Part shown: piece by piece, positions 30,665 through 38,037 of the stretch | Layout of the letters: the number at the start of each line of letters is the position of its first letter | Position numbering within the stretch: position 1 is the stretch's first letter | NCBI GenBank assembly: GCA_005800465.1 | Contig: SYFI01000003.1 | Span: 1 to 39,259, forward strand | Source of the DNA: Actinomycetota bacterium | Lineage (GTDB): Bacteria; Actinomycetota; Thermoleophilia; Miltoncostaeales; Miltoncostaeaceae | Length of the DNA: 39,259 nucleotides | Direction of reading: 5' to 3' | Made by a program: the position numbers and the translations under genes | The notes under the pieces: generated by a model | The model's input: only the letters and a program-made list of their open reading frames with translations | The model's database searches: none | What the model was told of the DNA's origin: nothing

Positions 30665-33003
30665 CCACGCTGTCCATCCGCATCACCGGAGCCCGGGAGG
30701 CATTTGTCGCGCGCGCGCGATGGGTGCTGGAGACCATGGCCGAGGGCCTTGGCCATGAGGCCGTCTTCACCGATGATGCCAGCGACATCACCTATGCCCC
30801 GGACCCGCCCGAGTCGGGCATCTGGATCCCCATGCAGCGTGAGGCACAGGCATTCTTCGAGGGGCAGGAGGCATTCCCGGGCGAGGCAGTTCACCATGCC
30901 GCCGGGCTCACGCTGCTGTTTGCCCCGACGGCGGAGGACGCACCCATCCCCGGCGACATCGTGGCAAGCGCCTTCTATCTGCTGGCCCGCTGGGACGAAT
31001 ATCGCGTGGCCGACCGTGACCGCTTCGGGCGGCTGCCATTTGCGCGCAGCGCCTTCACGCACATCGAGGGGCTCGACATCGAGGACCCCGCGGTCGAGGG
31101 GTACCTCGCTGCACTCCGAACCGCCCTCGGTCTTCCCGCGCCCAGCTCCTGGACCGTGCACCTCACCCACGACATCGACCGTATTCGGCGGCACACGCCC
31201 CGGGGCATCGCCCGGTCAGTGAAGCGCCGGGGCCCAACCGCTGTGCGCGATCTGGTGCACCACGATCCGTGGGACAACCTCACCGATCTGCTTGAGACCA
31301 CATGGCGGCGGGGGTTGAGGTCAACCGTGTTCCTCATCGGGCGCAACCGACACCGCCTTGATGGCACCCCACGGCGGACGTACGAACGCGAACGGCGCAA
31401 CCTTGCGGCCGCGGTGCACGCGATGGGTGGCGAAGTGGCACTGCACGGCGCCTTCGCGTCGTCGGAGAGCGGGCAGGCACTAACGGAGGAGGTCGCGGTG
31501 CTGCGCGGCGAGGCCGGCGACATCCGCGGCGTGCGCTTTCACTACCTGCGCTTCAGGTACCACGACACCGCCCTGCGGGTGGAGCGCGCCGGACTCGCCT
31601 ACGACGCCAGCCTCGGTTTCAGTGAGCGCCCGGGGTTCGCAGCCGGTTACGCGAGGCCATTCCGTCCCTGGATCGTGGGCGAGGAGCGCGCCGCACACAT
31701 TCACCTGGTGCCGCTTGCGGTAATGGACACCACGCTGCACTCGCATCTCGGCCTGGCCGCAGATGACGCGCGCGACAAGGCATTGGCCGTGCTCGACCGC
31801 GTGCGCATCGCCGGTGGCTGCGTGGCGCTGCTCTGGCACAACACCTACCTGGCCGAGGAGCGGGCACCCGGCTACGACCGCCTGTGGGAAGACCTGCTCG
31901 ACGAGTTGATGGCCAGGGGAGCGACCCTGGGGCCCATTTCCCCGCCCGATCGCCCTGAGGGTGCACGCCTCGACGGTCGCCACATCGTGCACCTGACAAG
32001 CGTGCACAGCCCGCGTGACGTGCGGATCTTCCATAAGGAGATCGGTGCGCTCACCGCCGCAGGTGCCGAGGCCGAGGTCATGGCCGCACCACGCGGCGGT
32101 GGCCGGCTCGGGCGCATGACCCGCGGGGTGCGCCTGGTCAGGCAGGCGCGCACGGTGGACGCCGACGCGTACCACGTGCACGATCCCGAGCTGCTGCCCG
32201 CAGCCGTGTGGCTGCAGCGTGCCACCGGCCGGCCGGTGATCTACGACGCCCACGAGTATCTTGGCGAGACCACACGCACCAAGCGGTGGATCCCGGGGCC
32301 ACTCAGGCGTCCCGTTGCGGCGCTGGCCGCAGGCATGGAACGCGCCGCAGGCCGCAGGTTGTCCGGCGTGGTCACCGCCAATGAGGATCTGGCTGCCCGC
32401 TTCGCCGCCGCGGGATGCCGGGCCGTGAGCGTGAGCAACAACCCCTATGCCGCACAGTTCGGTGACCCGGGCGAGCCCGAGGGGCCCATCGTGCTGTACG
32501 TCGGGGGTCTCGGGCCGCTACGCGGCCTTCCGCTCATGCTCGAGGCATTCCCGCGGGTAGGTGTGGACGGCGCGCGGCTACTGCTGGCCGGTCCGGGCGA
32601 GGTGGGGACGCTTCCACCGGACATCGAATACCTAGGTGTGGTGGATCACTCGGCAGTGCCGGATCTGCTCAGGCGATCAGCGATTGCCTGGATCCCGCTT
32701 CGGCGCCATGGCAACTACGACCGCGCGGTACCCACCAAGTTGGTGGAGGCCATGGCCATGGGTCGCCCGGTGGTGGCCAGCGACCTGCCGCGCATGGCAG
32801 CGATCGTGCGGGCCACCGGGTGCGGCATCGTGGTGCCATTCGACGATCCCGATGCCCACGCTGCTGCCATCCGCAATCTGCTGCAGGACCCCGATCGTGC
32901 CCGTGCCATGGGTGCGGCAGGCCGTCAGGCATTCCTCGACGGCATGGCGTTTGAGAACGAGGCCGATGCCCTCACGTCGTTCTACGAGGAGGTTCTCGGC
33001 TGA
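30661..33003 (+). CDS. Fusion protein: N-terminal polysaccharide-deacetylase-like domain (about 30661-31950) + C-terminal GT4 glycosyltransferase (about 31975-33003)
   Basis: N-terminal part: WTVHLTHDIDRI, EVALHGAFAS, GVRFHYLRFRY, YDASLGFSERPGFAAGYARPFRPW, VALLWHNTY. The order resembles divergent CE4/NodB-type deacetylases. C-terminal part: RHIVHLTSVHSPRDVRIFHKE, VHDPELLP, VLYVGGLGPLRG, VPTKLVEAMAMGRPVVASDLP. ATG 30661 overlaps the upstream TGA. The 5' part of ORF 30370..33003 overlaps the ATP-grasp gene. Confidence 0.7.
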   Translation: MTTLSIRITGAREAFVARARWVLETMAEGLGHEAVFTDDASDITYAPDPPESGIWIPMQREAQAFFEGQEAFPGEAVHHAAGLTLLFAPTAEDAPIPGDIVASAFYLLARWDEYRVADRDRFGRLPFARSAFTHIEGLDIEDPAVEGYLAALRTALGLPAPSSWTVHLTHDIDRIRRHTPRGIARSVKRRGPTAVRDLVHHDPWDNLTDLLETTWRRGLRSTVFLIGRNRHRLDGTPRRTYERERRNLAAAVHAMGGEVALHGAFASSESGQALTEEVAVLRGEAGDIRGVRFHYLRFRYHDTALRVERAGLAYDASLGFSERPGFAAGYARPFRPWIVGEERAAHIHLVPLAVMDTTLHSHLGLAADDARDKALAVLDRVRIAGGCVALLWHNTYLAEERAPGYDRLWEDLLDELMARGATLGPISPPDRPEGARLDGRHIVHLTSVHSPRDVRIFHKEIGALTAAGAEAEVMAAPRGGGRLGRMTRGVRLVRQARTVDADAYHVHDPELLPAAVWLQRATGRPVIYDAHEYLGETTRTKRWIPGPLRRPVAALAAGMERAAGRRLSGVVTANEDLAARFAAAGCRAVSVSNNPYAAQFGDPGEPEGPIVLYVGGLGPLRGLPLMLEAFPRVGVDGARLLLAGPGEVGTLPPDIEYLGVVDHSAVPDLLRRSAIAWIPLRRHGNYDRAVPTKLVEAMAMGRPVVASDLPRMAAIVRATGCGIVVPFDDPDAHAAAIRNLLQDPDRARAMGAAGRQAFLDGMAFENEADALTSFYEEVLG

Positions 33004-34256
33004 TGGCACGCGTGCTCTATGTCTCGCAGTACTTCGTCTCCGCCGATCAGCCGGGTGGCGTTCGCCACTGGCAGCACACCCGGGCACTCGCCCGCGCCGG
33101 ACACGACGTCACGGTGGTCACCAGTTACGTGCAGCACAAGGAGCGCACAATCCCCGAGGAGTATCAGGGGCGGCGCATCGTGAAGTCGCGTGAAGACGGC
33201 GTCGATGTCATCCGCTGCTACTCAACGCCGGGCTACGGGCGCGATATGCGCTCACGCATGAGCAACTACGCCACATTCGCGCTGTGGTCGGTGCTGGCCG
33301 AACTCCGCATCCCGCGCCCCGACGTGGTCGTGGCGTCATCGCCACCACTGCCCGCTGCTGCTGTTGCCGCGGCATTTGCAAGCGCGAGGGGATGCCGGTT
33401 GCTTCTCGAAGTGCGCGACCTCTGGCCCGATTCCATCATTCCCATGGGCGTGGTCAAGGATTCCCGCGTGATCGCCGCTGCACGGAAGATGGAGCAATAC
33501 GCCTACCGGCGGGCCGACCGTATCGTGGCGCTCACCGAGGGCATCCGGGATGGCATCGCGGCACAGGGCATTCCGGCGGGTCGCATCAGCCTCATCACTA
33601 ATGGAATCGATCTGGACATCGCAGGCGGTGAGCACCCGCCCGCCGACGTGGGCGTGCCAGACGACGCCTTTGTCGCCATGTACGTGGGCAATCACGGCAC
33701 CTACTCGTCGCTGGGCACAGTACTGCAGGCCGCGAAGATGCTGGGGGACGACCCATCCATCCGCATCGTCCTGGTGGGAGGCGGCGACCAGAAGCCCATG
33801 CTGCAGGAGATGGCCCGCGACCTCGGCCTGCAGAACACCACCTTCATCGGATCGGTGCCCAAGCACGCGGTGCCGTCGTATCTCGAGCGTGCCGATATCG
33901 GGCTCATCCCGTACCAGGACATGCCCTTGTTCGCTGGGGCGCTGCCCAACAAGACGTTCGACTACATGGCCGCTGGCAGGCCGCTGCTCGCCGCTGCACC
34001 AGTTGGCGAGCTGACCGGGCTCATCGACCGTGCCGACTGCGGATGGAACGTGGCGCCGGAAGACCCCGCGGCCATGGCCGCCGCCATCCGCGACGCCGCC
34101 GGCAACCGGGCCACGGGGCTCGCCAGAGGCGCCCGGGGCCGGGAGTACGCACTGGCCGAATACGACCGTGCAGTGCTCGCAGCGCGCTTCGTGCGGCTGG
34201 TGGACGACCTCGCAGCATCCCCCCGTGCGCGCAGACGACGGCGGCCCGCGAGATGA
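33003..34256 (+). CDS. Glycosyltransferase family 4 (WbuB-like)
   Basis: MARVLYVSQYFVSADQPGGVRHWQHTRALARAGHDVTVVTS, MYVGNHGTYSSL, ALPNKTFDYMAAGRPLLAA. The start overlaps the upstream stop by 1 nt (TGATG). Confidence 0.9.
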   Translation: MARVLYVSQYFVSADQPGGVRHWQHTRALARAGHDVTVVTSYVQHKERTIPEEYQGRRIVKSREDGVDVIRCYSTPGYGRDMRSRMSNYATFALWSVLAELRIPRPDVVVASSPPLPAAAVAAAFASARGCRLLLEVRDLWPDSIIPMGVVKDSRVIAAARKMEQYAYRRADRIVALTEGIRDGIAAQGIPAGRISLITNGIDLDIAGGEHPPADVGVPDDAFVAMYVGNHGTYSSLGTVLQAAKMLGDDPSIRIVLVGGGDQKPMLQEMARDLGLQNTTFIGSVPKHAVPSYLERADIGLIPYQDMPLFAGALPNKTFDYMAAGRPLLAAAPVGELTGLIDRADCGWNVAPEDPAAMAAAIRDAAGNRATGLARGARGREYALAEYDRAVLAARFVRLVDDLAASPRARRRRRPAR

Positions 34257-34969
34257 CCATTGCATCGCCCGATGAACCGCTCCGCTACCGTGGGGAGCAC
34301 GTGCAGCAGATCGTTCCCGACACCGAGGCTGGCAGGGCGGCAGCCACTCGTCCGGTCGGCGGCGCAGCGAAGCGTGCCCTCGACCTCGTGGTCGCAGTGC
34401 CCGCGACGATCGCGCTCGCACCGGTCATGGCCGGCATCGCCCTCTGGGTGCGCCGCGACTCCGACGGCCCGGCCATTTTCCGCCAGGAGCGGGTGGGTGC
34501 GTTTGGCAAGCCGTTCAGGGTCCTCAAGTTCCGTTCGATGGTCATGAACGCCGAGCACATCGGGGCCGGGCTCGCCGTCACCGAGGACGACGACCGCATC
34601 ACCCGCGCCGGGCGCATCCTCAGGCGCCTGTCGCTCGACGAGCTGCCGCAGCTGATCAACGTGGTGAAGGGCGACATGAGCCTTGTGGGGCCCCGGCCCA
34701 CCGTGCCATGGCAGGTGGAGCGCTACGACGCCACCCAACGGCGGCGGCTTCTGGCACGGCCCGGGGTGACCGGGCTGGCCCAGGTGCGTGGCCGGGCATC
34801 TATCCCCTGGTCGGCGCGCATCGCGCTAGACGTGGACTACGTGGACAACTGGCGCATGGCCCGCGATCTGCGCATCCTTCTTGAGACGGTGCGTGTGGTC
34901 GTCCGTGGCGAGGGCTCATACCGCGGCGAGAGCGGTGGATTCGACCTCTCGGAGGGCACCGGTGGCTGA
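34253..34969 (+). CDS. Small polyprenyl-phosphate phosphoglycosyl transferase (bacterial sugar transferase family), pathway initiator
   Basis: AKRALDLVVAVPATIALAPVMAGIALWVRRDSDGPAIFRQERVG..GKPFRVLKFRSM, RLSLDELPQLINVVKGDMSLVGPRP, RPGVTGLAQV. ATG 34253 overlaps the upstream TGA. Confidence 0.92.
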   Translation: MTIASPDEPLRYRGEHVQQIVPDTEAGRAAATRPVGGAAKRALDLVVAVPATIALAPVMAGIALWVRRDSDGPAIFRQERVGAFGKPFRVLKFRSMVMNAEHIGAGLAVTEDDDRITRAGRILRRLSLDELPQLINVVKGDMSLVGPRPTVPWQVERYDATQRRRLLARPGVTGLAQVRGRASIPWSARIALDVDYVDNWRMARDLRILLETVRVVVRGEGSYRGESGGFDLSEGTGG

Positions 34970-35993
34970 CTCCCCGTCGGTGCTGCTCACCTGTGCCGGG
35001 CAGCGCGTGGACATCGTGCGGGCCTTCCGCGACGCCCTGCATCGCCGCGGCGAGGGTGGGCGGGTCGTCGTGAGCGACCTCGACCCGCTGTCGCCATCGC
35101 TGTACGCGGCCGATCTGGTGGTGGCGCTGCCGCCCGTGGACGACCCGGGGTACGGGCGTGCGGTGGCCGACGTCGTGGCCCGCGAGGGCGTGGGGGCCGT
35201 GCTTCCCCTCACCGACCTCGATCCGGTGGTGCTGGCCGAGGCGGCACCCCTGATTACCGAGGCAGGCGGGCGGGCATTCCTTCCCACCCCGCAGGTGGCG
35301 GCCGGGTGCCAGGACAAGTGGCTGTGCCACGAGATGCTTGAGGCGGCGGGACTTCCATCGCCACCCACCTGGCAACTCCGCACCGTCGATCAGTTGTCGC
35401 TGCCCTTTCCGGTGATGATCAAGCCGCGCATCGGGTTCGCCGGTCGGTGGATCCACCGTTGCGACGACACCGACGAGCTCGACTTCTTCCTGGCACGCAC
35501 ACCCGTGGCCAGCGTCATCCAGAAGGCGCTCCCGGGCGAGGAGTTCAGCATCGACTGCCTGGGGTCGCTGGACGCGCGCGCAATCGGTGCAATTCCCCGC
35601 TCCATGCTGCAGAGCAAAGGCGGCGAGCAGATCAAGGGCGAGACGCTTGACGACCCGCAGCTGGTGGACCTCGCGGCGCGCACTATCGAGGGGCTCGGCC
35701 TGGTGGGCCCCTGCACCATCCAGTGCTTCCGCGAGAATGGCGACATCCTTGGCATCACCGACATCAACACCCGCTTCGGCGGTGGCTTTCCGCTGCCCCT
35801 CGCGGCGGGCGGCGACTACCCCGTCCTCATCCTCGCAATGGCTGCAGATGAGGACGTCCCGCCCCGCCTCGGAGATCACCGCGCGGGTGTCGTGATGACA
35901 CGATTCCTCTCGGAGCGCATCCTCATGCGCGATGGTGAGGCACTCATACCCATGGCGGACCGCGGCGAGGAGGCGATGACCAGTGGCATCTGA
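34962..35993 (+). CDS. ATP-grasp domain protein (CPSase-large-subunit-like / ATP-grasp_4 type)
   Basis: LLTCAGQRVDIVRAFRDAL, DKWLCHEMLEAAGLPSP, FPVMIKPRIGFAG, IQKALPGEEFSIDC, GPCTIQCF..GDILGITDINTRFGGGFPL. GTG 34962 overlaps the PGT gene by 8 nt; the start is uncertain. Confidence 0.8.
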   Translation: MADSPSVLLTCAGQRVDIVRAFRDALHRRGEGGRVVVSDLDPLSPSLYAADLVVALPPVDDPGYGRAVADVVAREGVGAVLPLTDLDPVVLAEAAPLITEAGGRAFLPTPQVAAGCQDKWLCHEMLEAAGLPSPPTWQLRTVDQLSLPFPVMIKPRIGFAGRWIHRCDDTDELDFFLARTPVASVIQKALPGEEFSIDCLGSLDARAIGAIPRSMLQSKGGEQIKGETLDDPQLVDLAARTIEGLGLVGPCTIQCFRENGDILGITDINTRFGGGFPLPLAAGGDYPVLILAMAADEDVPPRLGDHRAGVVMTRFLSERILMRDGEALIPMADRGEEAMTSGI

Positions 35994-36780
35994 TCGCGAG
36001 ATCACCCTGGGGGACGTGGGGCGCACCATCTGGCGGGGCAAGTGGTACATCATCATCGCCGCAGTGGTGGGGGCGGTCATCGGGCTTCTCTTCACCTTCA
36101 CCTCAACCACCCAGTACACGGCGTCGGCAAAGGTGTACCTGGGCCAGGCCACGACCATGATGGGCAACCTCGCCCAGACCGCCGGCACCAACCCGCTCAC
36201 CGCGGCCACGATCCTGCAGGGTGATGTGGTGGTGGACGCCGTGGCGGAGAAGACCGGTCTCACGCGGTCGCAGGTGAACGCCGGCACCGACATCTCTGTG
36301 CCGCGGGCCCCCGGTACCACCAGCACCAACCAGCCGGCCATCGCCACCATCACCGCACGCACAGGGAGCACCGACACCTCCATCGCGCTGGCCAATGCCT
36401 ACGCCGAGGTGGCGCTGGCGGGGGCCAACAGCGGCTACGCGAGGGTGCAGCAAACCCTCGAGAACCAGGTGCGCGTGGCAACGGCCGACGTGGCTGCCCT
36501 GCGGGCACAGGCCAACCGGGGTGGCGGGAGCCAGTCGGCGATCATCTCCCAGCTGGCGTCGCTGCGCACTGATCTGGCCACCGCGCAGTTGCAACTGGCG
36601 CGCATACAGCAGATCGAGGCGCCGGCCGTGGTCTCGCTCGCGAAGAGTGCGGCGTCGTCCAGCAGCAGCAGCAACCGGATGCGCACAGCGATTATCGGTG
36701 GCCTCATCGGGCTGCTGCTGGGCACCGTCGTGGCCCTCATCGTGGGCGGCACAAGGCGGCGAGGGGCCTCGGCCACCTAG
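35983..36780 (+). CDS. Wzz-like polysaccharide co-polymerase (chain-length determinant), no kinase domain
   Basis: ITLGDVGRTIWRGKWYIIIAAVVGAVIGLLFTF (Wzz N-terminal pattern + TM1), a central predicted coiled region (QQTLENQVRVATADVAALRAQ..LRTDLATAQLQLARIQQ), and C-terminal TM2 AIIGGLIGLLLGTVVALIVGG. Confidence 0.8.
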   Translation: MASDREITLGDVGRTIWRGKWYIIIAAVVGAVIGLLFTFTSTTQYTASAKVYLGQATTMMGNLAQTAGTNPLTAATILQGDVVVDAVAEKTGLTRSQVNAGTDISVPRAPGTTSTNQPAIATITARTGSTDTSIALANAYAEVALAGANSGYARVQQTLENQVRVATADVAALRAQANRGGGSQSAIISQLASLRTDLATAQLQLARIQQIEAPAVVSLAKSAASSSSSSNRMRTAIIGGLIGLLLGTVVALIVGGTRRRGASAT

Positions 36781-36795
36781 GCCGGGCGCCCACCC

Positions 36796-38037
36796 ATGCG
36801 GCTCATCCCGCGTACGCAGAAGGGCATTGCCTGGTTCGTGTCGGGCGTCTGCATTCTTCTGGCCCTCGCAAGCGTGGGGCTGCTGGTGATCTCCGGGGGC
36901 CTTGACTCGGGCGACCAACTGGGGACCTCCGAGGGCTTCGTGCCCGCGAAGGCGCCGGTTGGTAACGCCACATCCACCTCGTGGCCCGAGTACGGCTACA
37001 ACGCCGAACGCACCCGGGCCAATCCGGACCTCGATCTGGCGCCCCCATTCGCCAAGGTGTGGCACCGCGAAGCCAGGGCGCTTGTGGAGTTTCCACCCGT
37101 TGTGAGCGATGGCCGCCTCGTGTTCGGCACCAATGGCCGGTACGCATTGTCGCTGAGCGTGGCCACCGGTGGCATCTACTGGTACGTCAAGCTTTCGGGC
37201 CGCGTGGCGGCATCGCCGGCGATCGCAGGCGATCTGGTGCTGTTCTCCACCGACGACGGCTACGTGACCGCCCGCCGCTTCGACCACGGGCAGGTGGTGT
37301 GGCATCGCAAGGTGGGCTCATCCGTTGAGTCGTCGCCGCTCGTCATTGGCAACCGCGCCTACGTGGGCACTCTCGATGGCCTCGTGAAGTGCCTCAATGT
37401 GCGCACTGGTGCGGTGATATGGACCTCCAAGGCAGCGGGCGCAGTGAAGTCGAGTCTCGCGCGATCGGGCAGGGACGTGGTGGTGGGCGACTATGGCGGT
37501 CAGGTCACCGCGTTCAATGCGCGCACCGGACGGATTCGTTGGCAGGCCACCAGCCCGGGGCAATTGCTCGGGGGTCCCGGCACCTTCTACGCAAACCCCG
37601 CCGTGGCCTACGGTCGCGTCTATGTGGCCAACGTCAATGGGCGCGTCATTGCACTCGATGCCAACGACGGATCCGTGGCCTGGGTGCGGGTGCTTGGAGA
37701 CTGGGTGTACTCAAGCCCCGCCGTGAGCGGCGACACCGTGTACGTGGGTTCCTACGACCATCGCCTGTATGCCTTCTCTGCAGTGACCGGTGGCGTGCGC
37801 TGGTCGTACGACGCGGGAGAGCGCATCGCCGGATCACCCACGGTCATCGGTGGGCTGGTGTGGTTCGCGACGCTTGCACGTAATCCGCGGCAAGGGCGTA
37901 CCTACGCCATTGACACCACGACCGGGCGGCGAGCCTTCACGTTCCCCGATGGGCGCTACACGCCCGCGGTGGGCGTGGACGGGCGGCTGATCCTCACGGG
38001 GGTCCGCACCCTCTACGGGCTGGCGCCCACCCCATGA
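36796..38037 (+). CDS. N-terminally anchored PQQ-like (BamB/YVTN-type) beta-propeller repeat protein
   Basis: TM segment IAWFVSGVCILLALASVGLLVI, then repeated blades: G.IYWYVKL.GRVAASPAI.GDLV, G.VVWHRKVGSSVESSPLV.GNRAYVGT.DG.V.CLN..TG.VIW, G.IRWQ, DGSVAWV..LGDWVYSSPAVSGDTVYVGSYDHRLYAF...G.VRW. Confidence 0.8.
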   Translation: MRLIPRTQKGIAWFVSGVCILLALASVGLLVISGGLDSGDQLGTSEGFVPAKAPVGNATSTSWPEYGYNAERTRANPDLDLAPPFAKVWHREARALVEFPPVVSDGRLVFGTNGRYALSLSVATGGIYWYVKLSGRVAASPAIAGDLVLFSTDDGYVTARRFDHGQVVWHRKVGSSVESSPLVIGNRAYVGTLDGLVKCLNVRTGAVIWTSKAAGAVKSSLARSGRDVVVGDYGGQVTAFNARTGRIRWQATSPGQLLGGPGTFYANPAVAYGRVYVANVNGRVIALDANDGSVAWVRVLGDWVYSSPAVSGDTVYVGSYDHRLYAFSAVTGGVRWSYDAGERIAGSPTVIGGLVWFATLARNPRQGRTYAIDTTTGRRAFTFPDGRYTPAVGVDGRLILTGVRTLYGLAPTP

